From: Octopus bimaculoides
Lineage: Eukaryota
DNA: 64,000 nucleotides
Direction of reading: 5' to 3'
Assembly: GCF_001194135.2 (NCBI RefSeq)
Contig: NC_068997.1
Location: 56,122,303-56,186,302, forward strand
Shown: positions 1 through 13,090 of the stretch, in pieces
Numbering within the stretch: the stretch's first letter is position 1
Layout of the letters: every line of letters begins with the position of its first letter
Translations under genes and position numbers: made by a program
The notes under the pieces: generated by a model
Told to the model about the DNA's origin: nothing
Seen by the model: only the letters and a program-made list of their open reading frames with translations
The model's database searches: none

Positions 1-164
1 TATTGTGGTTTTGGAGTCAGGATTTGACTGCTATTTTTTCAGCGTGGTGGTACCTCTTGATACCCTGTATTATAATTTTAAATAATTATTACCTTTGATG
101 GTTTTTATTCCCATGCTGACCACTTGATAAGATCAATATTTTAAATACCGATCTTATCCTTATT

Positions 165-203
<39 letters not shown>

Positions 204-688
204 GCACACACACACACATATATAGGGTGAGACAGAGGGGGAGAGAGAGGCAGAAAGACAGGATGTGATAAAGTAGAAATGTATATGCTTGCTTGTGTGC
301 GTGTGTGCATATGTTTGTGTGTCCGTGTCAGTGTATGCATACATTCATGTATGTGCTTGTGTCTGTGTATATATACACACATCTATGTGTGTATATATAT
401 TTAATTGGCTGTCCTCCAGAGAAAGTAGTGAAGGTCAATGCATGTAACACTGATCAGCATCCAATCACTACCCGCTTCCCTCCCTAAAATAGTGATGTGT
501 GTGTGTTTGCGCGTGTGTGCTTAACAACCTGCTCTCCACTAAAAGACTCTCTCTCTCTCTCACATGCAGCTATCTCCCTCTTCTCTCTGCACTCTTTCAT
601 GTGCAGCTGCTGTTGCAGCAGACTTCTCTATCTGCAGCCTTGACCAATTGCTAACTGATTTCGTTGCAACCAGTTTGGAAACATCAGC

Positions 689-759
689 CTACGCATCTTT
701 ACTTCCTGATTCATCACTTTCTTCCTCACTGTTCGAGCGACGACGACTGTTGCGTACAG
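689..759 (-). CDS. Candidate (terminal) exon, phase 1: (A)VRNSRRRSNSEEESDESGSKDA*
   Basis: Strong acceptor ttccttctctgctttccatatcctatcgcag; Arg/Ser/acidic peptide with CpG-containing codons; phase matches the 8873-8963 exon (ends phase 1). The phase-0 frame (LYATVV...GCR*) is also open. Confidence 0.45.
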
Positions 760-1944
760 CTGCGATAGGATATGGAAAGCAGAGAAGGAAACACACACAC
801 ACACAAGCACGCACACATTCATATATGTGCATGTGTATGTACACTTGCACACACACATATGTGTGTGTATATATATATATATATATATGTATATGTATAT
901 ACCTACATACACCCCCCACCACACACATGTAAGAAATGAGATTTTAACATTGTAAGCATAAGCAGAGTTGTAATAATCGCTCTCTTCCCAGGGAACTTTA
1001 TTCTATTTTATTGTTTTTGTTGCTATTGTTGTTGTAGTTTTCAAATTTAATACATTTCTGATATTTCACTGACTTGCAGCACTGAGATTGGGTCACCACT
1101 TATACAGATCAATATACGCTATCACAGAAATATGTATTCAATGAGAGAAATAACTGTCTTTTATTTATCATTTTTACTTAACATTTCCTTTTGATTTGTA
1201 CAACACTTATAACCACATTTATTATTCTGTTTAGGTATGAAAGTACACTTCGTGGGTGGAGTGTGGAAGTCTACAGAATAAACCCAGAAGGCCAAAAGAA
1301 AAATGGTCGTTTCTGTGCCGGAAAAAGAAATTGCTCAGGTTTGGGGGTTCTTTTGTTAAGAAAACTCATGCTATTAAGATCAACAGTTAGAATCTACCAA
1401 TTGATCTGGGGAAGGCATCAGGGAGTTTGTCTCCATTAGCAAACATCAGTCCAAGTAAAGTTTAGTAAAATAAGCAAAAAAAAAAGATATTCAAAGTTTA
1501 CGGAAACTGGAGGAGGCCTGCATTGACAAGGAATCTTGTATAAATTTAGCAGAAAAGAACCTTGATATTTCAAGCAAAGCCTTTCGAAGGAGAAGATCTG
1601 TTTAAATTTTCACCATGTCAGTGAATGTATGGGTTTGAAAAATGTGGAAGGTGAGAGATAAAGGGAAAGAGCTTAACGAGGGAGCTTAATAGGGGAACAA
1701 CCAAACAAGCAAAGTTCTGAGAGTATATCAGTAACCATAGTAACAGAGTGAATGACAGTGATGAATTAAATAGAGACTGAATCTCATAAATGGTACAGCA
1801 GGATGAGGCAAATGGTGTCCCTGAAGAGTTTTAAAGAAGCTTAGGCAAATGGTGTCCCTGAAGAGTTTCCTTGGAATTATTTCTTATAAAATTTTAAGCA
1901 TAAAGTGTGTATTGCCATTGCATAACGAATTCAGAAGGGAGCTG

Positions 1945-2100
1945 GAAGAATCATTAGAGTTGTGGAAAAATGCTGTGTGTTATTTGTTCTAGCTCTCTGA
2001 GATTTGAGTTCAAATCCTACTCAGGTCAGCTATTCCTTTCAATTCCTTGAGGTTAATAAAATACAGACACAGTCATATACTGGGGTCAGTAGTATTGACT
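1945..2100 (+). mobile_element. tRNA-derived SINE family A, degraded copy
   Basis: gagctggaagaatcattag...ctgagatttgagttcaaatcc...ggtcagctattcctttc...actggggtc matches the other family A copies in this window. Confidence 0.6.
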
Positions 2101-2129
2101 GATCTCACTCTGTTGAAACCGTTATCCTT

Positions 2130-2680
2130 TTCCCATGCATAATCCACTTTTAGCACAGCCTTTGGTTAATGGCACTTCCACGTATTTTTTCTTCACTGAA
2201 TCACTAAGTGCAAATCTACCATTATTCATTCACACACATTTCTTGCCCATAGAATCTCTATTCCATCTAATACGTTGCTTTGCAATCTGGAACCCTTCAT
2301 GCCTCTGATCCTCAAGACATTGGCAAAGCTCCTGTTTTCTGCTTCTCCCTTCATTTGTCACCTAATTGCTCTTCTGGTTATCTGATATAATTCTCTGCTA
2401 CCATCATTTTCCCACTCTTTCCATGCCCATCTCTTTGCTTTTATAGCTCTTTCTATCTCCTTGTTCCACCAGCACATCACCCTCAATCTGGCCAGGACTT
2501 TGTGCCAGTCACAGATTTCGTCTGTGGTTTTCCCTGCCGGAACTTGCAGTTGTTCTCTGGACTATATTTTTTCCAGCTCCTCTTCATTCTCATCAGATAT
2601 TTCCATTGGAACATTTCTAAATGTCTGTTGTTTTGCTGGGTCTTTGAGCTTCCATAACCTCTTTTCCAGACATTTCCTGC
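2130..2680 (-). mobile_element. Decayed RTE-type LINE ORF2 fragment (post-endonuclease region)
   Basis: Minus-strand translation gives RKCLEKRLWKLKDP...CWWNKEIERAIKAKRWAWKEWE...RELYQ...FQIAKQ with stops and frameshifts, typical of the RTE ORF2 linker. Confidence 0.7.
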
Positions 2681-3768
2681 ACTAAATATTAAAACACCTC
2701 ATACCATTTACTAATGATAGCTTTGTGACTTGTTTCATTTACGTAGACTTGCTTGTAATTTTGCCTTTCCAGTAAATGCTATCAATAGTATAGGAAAATT
2801 ATATAATTATCTGCATACATTTGTTACCTGAAATAAATTTATACATACATACATACATACATACATATACATATATACATATATATGTATGTGTGTGTGC
2901 GTATAAAGATCTATGTATGTGTGTGTATATATATATATGTGTGTGTATTCACACACACACTCACACACGCACACATATGCACACACGTTTATATTTAATA
3001 TTTATTATAAGCACCAATTTTACTATGCTTCAATTTGTCTGTACTCCACTATTCTACCTAGAGTACAGTGTTAAATAACGATGATGATGATGATAACAAC
3101 AATAACAACAACAACAATAATAATGATAGTATGCAACATTATATAATAATATGGCTTCTTTAATCAATATATTGAAGTATTTATTAACTTGCTTTACTGA
3201 TGTCACTTGGCAAGTTTTAAACATCAATAAAATTGTTAATTTTCTCTGCATAATTTCCTCTAAAAAATATGATTGTTTGTGAATATGTTTGTCTTGTCTG
3301 TTACAAATATTACATCGTATTACTTTAACGTCAGAATATATAAGTCGATTGGTAACCAACGACATTTAGTGATGGGAACTGCTAAATATTGCAGTAGCAT
3401 CAGCTGAGATACTCTTCTTTTGTGTTTTGGTTTTTCTTCTTTTACTAGTCTAACTGAATTGTGGCCATGCTGGGGTATTATATTCAAAGGCCTTTGTTGA
3501 TCATATTTACCATACTTATTAGTGTATATGAATCCCTTTTCTATTTTTAAATGTATTTTAAAGTTACTTTGTGTCTAATACAGTCATATTACACGTAGGA
3601 GTTCAAGTGCCATAGACTGGAGAACCGGATGAGCATTATTCCCCAAGGTACAATATTTGTTACTAAAAACCTTTTCCATTAAAGGCACTAGGCCTGAAAT
3701 TTTGAGGAAGCGGGCAAATCAATTACATATGTGACCTTGTTGGAAGATATTGCCAGTGATCAAAGCCT

Positions 3769-3808
<40 letters not shown>

Positions 3809-6717
3809 AGAGAGAGAGAGAGAGAGAAAGAGAGACAGAAAGAGAGAGTCTCTTCTGGGTCTATGTATTCAACACATGCAATATAAGGAACAAACAAATA
3901 CTAACTCTTATCATCATCATCATTATCATTTAACGTCCGTTTTCCATGCTGGCATGGGTTGGACAGTTCAAGGAGGGTCTTGGAAGCTAGGAGGCTGCAT
4001 CAGGCCACCATCTTATAGATTAATATATTTAAATTCGATGTTCATTAACATTGGCATTAGACAATTATTTATTTGTTTTGTTATCGGAATGGTGAATCAT
4101 TTCTTAGATAATTGCTAATCCTTATTTTCTCTTTCCAAAAGTGATGAAAGGGAAAGTGAAACCCTTGTGAGATTTGCTCTGTTATGCATTAAAACACAAA
4201 AGTACTAAACTGTGAAGAATCCACTTAAATGTTCTTTGCTCTCTCTCAGCAATTTACATTGACCTTGTTTTAATCATTAAAAATAAAATGCTAAAGATAC
4301 AAGCAAAGAAACAATACTTATTTATGCAAACGCAAATAGCTCTTTATAGAAGGAATCGGAAGAGAATAAAATATAATTAAATTAAAAAAAGATTTTTTAG
4401 AAAAATAGAAAAAGAAACGAATATTCTTTCCTTTTCATCTGCAATTCAAAAACGTTGCATTCACAATTTTGGAAAAAAAAAGAAAATTTCCATTTAGCTA
4501 ACTTCAAAGAAAACAGCTGTACCTTAAGGTACCCTTGGCTACATTTAACAACACAACAGTTTCTGAAATTTATTTCTGGATCAGTAAATTCTGAAGAAGC
4601 TTGATGGTTTTGTGATTAGAGTCCAGTTGTTTAAAAGCATTTTTCTTTTTTTAAAAAATAAGTTTTTAAAACTGAATTAAACAAGAGACGTTATTATTGT
4701 TTGGTGGTTTTTAACAACTCCTATGTAAATTGGTTTGTATGAAAAAATATCTCATATTATAATTTGCCAATATTTTTATTCCGTTGTGCTTAAAACTCAC
4801 CTATCATGGCCTATTATTATTATTACTATTATTATTATTATTATTGGGAAAGAGTTTGTCATTGGATTTCCTATAGCCAATACTACCAGATCAAAGAAAG
4901 CTTGTTAATCACCCCAAACTGATGTGTCTTCTCTAAATATAGCTGCAAATTATAGGCTGCAGAGATTCCTTTTCTTCTTAAAAAAACATGAAGCAAACTT
5001 TACAAGTGAGAGACATCAACATATTCTAATGATATTTAGTGATATGTTGGTAATAATTGCTTGTGTATGTGTGTTTCTAGGAATACATTACTGTGTAAAT
5101 TCTTAAATGAACATTTTGCTCACTTTAACAGCAGAATTGATTGAAGCCAAAATAAAGAAGCTTGACTTTTACTCTGCAGTGATTTAAGGTTAGGGTAACC
5201 ATCACAAGACGGAGATGTCAAATAATCTTTCAGTTTCTAAGTTCATGTTTGAACATCAGTGGTAAGAAACTCTCAAGACAGCAGAAGGTCTTGAGAGAAG
5301 AAACTCCACCTCAGGCAAGTGTTTTGACCTGTAACTTCTTGCACTTTAAGGGGTCAAGCTGCATCCAGGTCATGACTCCTGGCTGCCCTTCTGCTGACCC
5401 TTTTTGGCCCCTTGGATATTGCAGACATGCATTTACAATCATGTTGATCTATTGACTTCTGGCTGTTTTATCTGCGAAATTGATGTCGCCAGACTTTTAC
5501 ATAATCACAATTACTTTCAATTAATTAAAATTTCTGACTTTTATCACCAAAATTAGCCATAAAGCTAATTCATCTCTATTCTCATTACTGATGGGATTTT
5601 AGTGAATTAAAATATTTTGGATGTTAACACTGACTTAGCAGTCGTTGCATGAGATTAATAAAATCTTAGAGAACTGCGAAAAGCCATGACGTGGAGTTAA
5701 ACAACTTTCACAAATATCATGTGCTTACTTCCCATTTTTGCCATTTATAATGGTTTATTCAGTGAAAAAGGGGCTATGACCCATTTTATAGGGCCTCTAA
5801 ACCTGGTGGGTGACAGGAAAAGATTATCCACAGATTTAAGATCTGACCTGAATAGCAGACGTCTACCACTGAAGATCAAGAACTACCCTTCCACTACGTT
5901 CTCACACAGTTTCTCTCCACCAAATTTTACTGATAAGTCTTTGTATCAAACCATAGCTATGGTTGAAGGTACTTGCCTAAGATACCATACTGTAGGATCG
6001 AACCCACATCTATGTTGTTACAAAGCCAGTTTCTTAGCTACTCAGACATGTCTGTGTAGTTATTATTCTTAATGTTCAACTGCTTTGTTTTAACACGTTG
6101 ACTGCTAACTACGAGTTATCTCTTAGTTGGCAATCTATACAATTTTGCCAGGTATGAACATACTCATAGAGGTTTATTTTATTGTAACACGCTTAAAATG
6201 GACTGGCGTCTGGAACTAACATTGTGAGTGTGTTGTGGAAACACTAAAGACACCTTTTATTTGCCCAATGATATGAGTTAACTCGTATCATGGCACCTGC
6301 CAGGAAATATATTTGGTAAAACATCTATATATATATATATCAGGTATAAGTATTAGATGTTGATACAGTTGGTGCCGGAGAATTGCATTGTCTCTTACGA
6401 CCTCAAGCAACTAATTGTTCATCTTCATCAGTAGAACTGGCGTCACTGGTATTGCTTCCACTGGTATTTGTTACACAATTTTTATCATGAAAACTAGGTT
6501 ATGAGTATGAGTGTCTGTGGAGACTCAGTGACTTGCACATTAATTTCACAATCAGGCTGTTCCGCTGAGCACTGAGCGTATCAACCGGAACACTCATGTG
6601 GTAACTGACAGGGAGCCTGGTACACACACACACACACGCACACACACACACACACACACACAAATACATACATATACACACACACATATATATAAATACA
6701 CGTGCAGACATAGATAC

Positions 6718-6758
<41 letters not shown>

Positions 6759-6825
6759 AGCATATATATTGATGTATTTTGGAGAATGATGAGGTTTTTT
6801 TATATTCGCATCCAATGTTGCATCA

Positions 6826-7470
6826 ATATAGTGTTTCCAGACAAATACAAAAACTAAACAGGAAACAAGCAAATCATTGTAAGTAGTCTTTGAGAGAAAA
6901 ACCAAATCTGTTGACAGAAATTCTACTTAAAATATTTAAAATATTTGGGCCTGAAAATAATAAAAAATTTTTATCAGTGTTGAAGATTTATAATCTAAAA
7001 ATGAAAGAGTTTATCATTTTAAATTTGTGAAAAGCTTGAGTACTGTTACAGACACATGTTTTTTATGTATTTAAATATGCATGCATGTGTGTGTAATGTG
7101 CATGTGTGCATATGTTTATGTGTTCACACACATATATGCACACAAGCATATGTATATATGCATGTGTATGTATACATATATACATGTGCACATGTATGTA
7201 TGTTTATATGTATGTATGTGTATGCATGTATATATATATATGTGTGTGTGTACACCCATCAATATATAGATTCCACATAAATACAAAACCTGATAGAAAA
7301 CAAGCAAATTCATGTAAGTAGTCTTTGAGTGAAAACCAAATCTGTTGAGAAAAATTCTACTTAAAAATCACAATATTTTAAACATTTGAGTCTGGAAATA
7401 CTGCGGAAAATTATGAATATATTGATGAATTACAATCTGAAATAAAACAACTTACCTTAAATTTATGTGA
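6826..7470. repeat. Local duplication of a ~200-bp unit (6826-7030 and 7263-7470)
   Basis: Shared text such as aaacaagcaaat..tgtaagtagtctttgag.gaaaaccaaatctgttga..aaattctacttaaaa in both copies; each copy follows a CA/TA microsatellite. Confidence 0.85.
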
Positions 7471-7877
7471 AATTTTATTTTGAGTGCTCCTCTGTCTATT
7501 GTTCTGTCTATCTGCCTGTCTGCCTGTCTACCTCCTTTGTTTGTCTTTTAAACATGGCGCCATCATCGGTTAATGTCCTCTTTTGTTATGCTTCCATGGG
7601 CAGAGAGAATTTGTTGAGGTTAATTTTCTGTGACTGGATGCTCTTTCTGTTACCAATCCTCACTCATTTCCAAGTAAGGTAATATTTTCCCCATGACCAG
7701 AAATGTTTTTGTGCCAGAATGGAAATGAGGGACACCGTATCTTTGACAGTGCCGCTTATTCATAACTGTCATATAATGTCAAGCCAAGGAGACAGTAACA
7801 CACACGTACATACACACATGAATATACAAATACATATATATATATATTCATATGTATGTGTGTGTATGTATGTATGC

Positions 7878-7970
<93 letters not shown>

Positions 7971-8479
7971 ATGGGCTGCTTTCAGTTTCCATGTACCGAG
8001 TCCGCACAAAAAGATTTTAGTTCAAATCCAGGTGCAGTCTTCATTGTCATTCAGCTTTCGATGCTCAACACAATAAACTCTGTACCAGTGATGTACTGGG
8101 GTTTATACATTCAATATATGTATATACACACTTAATTGCATTCATACATGTACACCTTTCTCGAAATTTAAGTCCTTATGCCTAGGTAATAAATCAATAT
8201 AATATTAAATTGATTGTATTTATGTCATATAAAGTTAGTAGCTCACGTCTTATAGTTTCCCGGAATATAAGTGACTAGCTTTTGCAGACAAAATGGAAAC
8301 AACAAAAATTTCTAATTGTCCATGGTAACTTGCATAAGGCTGTCTGATCTTTCTGACAGCAGAAGTTATTAAAACCACATAAAAACACAACATTCCAATG
8401 TATTATTATGCTTAAAGCTATTAACTGTGTTTATACATTGACAACTTCCTTTAGTCCTCCACACATACACACAGAAATG

Positions 8480-8562
<83 letters not shown>

Positions 8563-8872
8563 TATATACACATATATATTGTGTGTGTATGCATTTATTT
8601 ACATATATACATATGCATGCACGCACACATACACACATACATGCATACATATATATGGTTCGGCATGTAAGTGTGTGGGAGGGTAGATGAAGTGAATGTA
8701 GCTCTATGTTAATTTAACCACTCAGGTGAGAATATTTGAAAATCCATTAGGAAATCTGGTTTGTTTGTCTCGCCATACAAAAAAAATCTCCTAAAACTCA
8801 CATTAAAAGACATATTGGAATATTCAGAGACTGGACAGAGCCACAAATATAAAACAACTAATACCAGCTTAC

Positions 8873-8963
8873 CATGTGATCCATCTGTAAAGTACAGTTC
8901 TCCATATATGGCAGGGTGGAGTAGGGGCAGAGTGGAATACGTTTCCAGATAGCACTTAATAAG
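8873..8963 (-). CDS. Candidate internal exon, 91 nt: LIKCYLETYSTLPLLHPAIYGELYFTDGSH (phase 0->1); alternative frame LLSAIWKRIPLCPYSTLPYMENCTLQMDHM (2->0)
   Basis: Acceptor ttatcttgtcag, donor CATG|gtaagc; two open frames. Confidence 0.45.
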
Positions 8964-10283
8964 CTGACAAGATAACATTTTTGGAGCTTTATTCTTTATT
9001 CATTATTCTGTGACATAAAAGAGAAAGAAAGTTGTTCTCTGCAAACAAGTACTGGTCATATTCCAGGAATTAGATAGGATTTTGTCTCATCTTGCTGGCG
9101 ACATGACGACCTCACTGGTGCCGGTGCCATGAAGCAAAAGCTTGCAGTACACATTTACTGCAACAGAACTAGATTTCACTGTGGAAACATGTCGATATTT
9201 ACACAAAGGCAAACATGTCACCATGTTATATATTTCTCTGTGCACAGAAAAAGAGTGAAGGATCTGATTTAGGCTTCATTTCTATCTGGGATCACATATT
9301 CTAACTAAACAAATAAAATCTTTTGCGATATTTGCTCCGTACCAAGTAACAGGCACTCCCTTGTTACATTCAGCATCAGACATGTAGTGAACCAGTGATT
9401 TGTCACATTAAAAATATGCAATGAATGCTGTTATTGTTCACCAAGTGTGATAAGAAAATAAAAAGAAGTGATTTATTGCCAGAACATGGATGTTAAGTCC
9501 TTTTGCTTGGATGGTGGTAGTGGACTGTAGCAGAGATTGTTGCAGGAGAGATGGAGAAGAGAAAATCAGTTTATTCAGCCTCTTGGCTTAATGTCTTCAA
9601 TGGACATTAGTATGATGTCTTGCATAGCATTTAGTGGTGAAATTAAAATATATCGACCACAGGGCCTGAGCTTAGTAATTTAAACACTCAGTTATAGCAG
9701 TGTAGGTCACCATATTTTATGACAAAATTAACTCAGAGAAAGTGAGAGGTAAGAGGGAGAGAGAAAGAGAGGGGGGCACATACACACGCACACATATATA
9801 TATATATTTTCACACACATGCACTCACATTCATATTTACAGATGAAAAAGAGAAAGAGTGAGAGAAAGAAAGAACAAGAGAGATAGAGAGAGGTGAGAAA
9901 ATGAGACACTACTTTTATTTTTGTTTGCATTTATTTCTTAAAATATTATATTCAAATTTTTCTGTATTAATATAATCACTTTATCATACTCTTCAGCATA
10001 TGATTTCCATGTTGTATCGCTCTGTTTTGCATTCGTCAATGTATAAAATCCATTAGATTAATGTAGTTTTCACAAACAATTCTCATCACTACAGCTAAAA
10101 AATATTTTTCTCCATCTCGTTGCAGTATATTTTTATGGAATTTATTTAGAAATTTTTCAAAGTTATACAATGGAAATTATTGACTGACAGCAAAATGTAG
10201 ATTTTGCTCCCTATTCAAAAAGAGTTAACAATATATTCATTGTACTTATCATTTTATACACACATGCATGTGTGTATGCATAT

Positions 10284-10366
<83 letters not shown>

Positions 10367-10700
10367 AACATATATATACATGTACATATGTAAATGTATA
10401 TATATGTGTGTGTGTGTATGTCTTTGCATACATAACATTTCCAGACATAAGCAAGCTTCAAACTTTGGTTGCTTTAATTTCTTATTTATGATATTGATAC
10501 ACAGCCTCATCATCAGACATACAAAACTTTAATGAATGCAAAACTGAGCGAAACTGTTATGCAATGCATGGAACTTCGACCAATGGTGTTGTATGCTATC
10601 TTTCCTTTCTTTACTCACACATTTCTTTACTCACATGCAGACATGCTCATGTTTCTGTTTTTCTATGACAGCATGGAAATTGGATGTTAAAAGATGATCA

Positions 10701-10763
<63 letters not shown>

Positions 10764-10984
10764 AACAGATAGATAAATCAGAGACAGAAAATTATGAAAT
10801 TCATGAGGTTATTCAAATCCACTACAATTGTTTCGACTCATCTGTACCTCATCAGTGAGATGTTGCACAATCAATTGTCTTGCATCTCAAGTGAAAATTG
10901 CATCTCCTCAGGTGACTTTTAAAGCAAGTTCTTTACTCTTTCTTCTCCTTATTTCAACCATATATGGATACGCATTAGACTTCT

Positions 10985-11130
10985 TTCAGTTTCCATCTAT
11001 CAAATCCACATACAAGGCTTAAGGGTAACCCAGGGCTATAACAGCAGACACTTGTCCAAGGTGCCATACAGTTAGACTGAAACTGGAACCTTGTGGTCAT
11101 GAAATGAACTTCTTAACCACACAGCCATAA
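10985..11130 (-). mobile_element. tRNA-derived SINE family C (ggctgtgtggttaagaag...ggcaccttgg.caagtgtc...)
   Basis: Reverse complement matches the plus-strand copy at 59115-59290; other partial copies near 5890-6050, 7960-8030, 36020-36170, 40360-40430, 47890-48030. Confidence 0.75.
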
Positions 11131-11564
11131 TTGCAGTTATCAACAGTATGAATGAGTAAATAAAATCTTCTCTTACTGGGGGAAGATGTCCAGCTTGAGA
11201 CAAACCTTTATATTGTGGTGTCCTAATACTTTCTAGCCAAGAATTACTGAGCAACCTTCAACACAATTCATATTATTGCATAAGAATTATAAAAATAATG
11301 TAAAAATAAAAGAATGATGCATTTTTTCAATGCCCTTTCATATTTCGTTTGTGCGCTTATGCTTTTCTTTATCACTTCTATTTTGTGTGGGTTCAAAGAA
11401 TTGTCCACTGGAATAGGAAATGGTTCACTGGGGAGAAAAAGGATTTCTGGCTACCAAGGTATGCTGTATACACTGGGAAATATTTATTTCACATATTGGG
11501 CCTGTTTAGTCAAGTTCAACTAGCGGCTTTGTTGTATACAATTAAGAAAAATACTGGTTATTAC

Positions 11565-11682
11565 TGGCAATTCTGAGGCCAAAGAACGCCCAATAAATGA
11601 GATAAAAAGAATTGTATGGACTTTCAGCATTTCCTGATAGTGGTTTTGAATGGAAGTAAGGGTAGAAATCAGCAGGAAGCTT
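11565..11682 (-). CDS. Weak candidate exon, 118 nt: KLPADFYPYFHSKPLSGNAESPYNSFYLIYWAFFGLRIA (0->1) or SFLLISTLTS...SELP (2->0)
   Basis: Acceptor gcttctattattcttcattag; donor gtaata is only moderate; two open frames. Confidence 0.25.
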
Positions 11683-11909
11683 CTAATGAAGAATAATAGA
11701 AGCATAAATTAATACATGAAACATAGATATTCAAGGATAAAGGATATAATGTTATACAAGTTGGAACTGAAAGTCTAATTTAATCATTTGAGTATGGAGA
11801 TATCACATGATCTTCAAATGTTAGAATTAATCTCTGTAGAATTCTGAAGATGAAATATTCTTCATATCAACAAATATTCCCATTTGCATATTCAACTCTC
11901 AATAAGTTG

Positions 11910-12175
11910 TATGAGGTGGTATCAAATAGTTACAGGACTCGTTATGCTTAATAAAAAATAACATATTTACCGGAGTTTTAACATCATCTCCTTCGAAATA
12001 GTCATCTCACACAGCAATCCACTGGTCTCAGCGTTCTTGTCACTTCAGGATTCAGCCTGGAAGTCATTTTCCATGAGTTGAGGATCTTCTTTGATTTGCT
12101 CTGGATCACAACAAGTTTTAAAACAGCAGCCTTTTAGCTGCATTTTCATCTCAGAGAAGAGGTGGAATATATACA
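11910..12175 (-). mobile_element. Mariner-type transposon 3' end with terminal inverted repeat remnant
   Basis: Minus-strand translation FHLFSEMKMQLKG...ENDFQA...ER*DQWIAV*DDYFEGDDVK matches the mariner C-terminus (W..C...GDYFEG). tatgaggtggtatcaaatagtt at 11910 resembles a mariner TIR. Confidence 0.8.
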
Positions 12176-12375
12176 TTTCGTTTTGGGATTTGGTTTGCAT
12201 GATTCTTTATGTGAGTTCGTGTGTTGAGGTATATTCTGTGGTGTCTGGGGAGACTCATTCTCTTTCTGTGCATTATAATTTAACACACTCACTGGTAAAA
12301 TTTCTGCTTATTCCTTATTTTTATTTTCCAAAACTTTTCGTTGCATTTTGCAACGAAAATTACAAGATATGCTGT

Positions 12376-12790
12376 GCTTGAGAAGACCCATCAAATCAAG
12401 TGAAATCATAGTCATGGCTGATGTTGGTGTCACGTAATTGGTACCCGTGCCAGTGGCATGAAAATAGCACCTTTCGAGTGTTGGGCCTCACAGAGGCAAT
12501 GACTGAGATCTTTGGCATTATGTTGTGTTTGAGAAGAAGACCCATCAAGCCAAGCAAAATTGCAGTTGTGGCAGATACTGGTGTCACGCAAATGGCACCC
12601 ATGCTGGTGGCACTTTAAAGCATCCCTTTCACTCTCAGAGTGGTTGGTGTTAGGAAGGGCATCCAGCTATAGAAACCCTGCCAAAACAGACTGGCGTCTG
12701 GCACAGACTTCCTGCTTGCCAGCCCTGGTCAAACTGTCCAACCCATGCCAGCAAGGACAATGGACGTTGAATGATGATGATGATTACTGG
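12376..12790 (+). mobile_element. Retroposon family B, (GAT)n-tailed, with two tandem 5' modules
   Basis: gagaagacccatcaa...gtggca module occurs twice (about 12376 and 12520), then core gagtggttggtgttaggaagggcatccagctatagaaac...caacccatgccagca...gatgatgatgat. Confidence 0.8.
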
Positions 12791-12879
12791 CACTCCATTG
12801 GTTACAACCACATGTATTCCAAATTGATCCAATCAATGAAGCAGCTGCTCATGGAATCCACGTGCAAGGGACTGAGCAG

Positions 12880-13090
12880 TCCACAGCTTCACATCCTCTT
12901 CACCAAATTCTCAGAGAGATTCAGCATGACAATGAGTGTGATGGGGCCAGCCCTTTGAATTGCAGGCACAACTCATTTTTGCCAGCTGAATGAACTGGAC
13001 CAATATGAAAGGAAGTGTCTTGCTCAAGGACTCAACTCACTACCATTAACTGAGAACTCACAACCTGAAGAGTGGGAGCCAAATGCCCTA
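12880..13090 (+). mobile_element. SINE family D fragment (cagc.cagtggactggagcaa..tgaa..aag.gt.ttgctcaagga)
   Basis: A second copy with the same motif is at 55260-55410. Confidence 0.6.

Noticed and set aside
564-932. Plus-strand 122-aa ORF
   Set aside because: The S/L-rich text reads as the antisense shadow of the minus exon and runs into a CA repeat with no good donor. It is not fully excluded.
6575-6590. CSG-TGA on the minus strand as a CxxU selenoprotein motif
   Set aside because: The context does not match SelW/T/H/M families and no SECIS-like element was seen downstream; likely chance.
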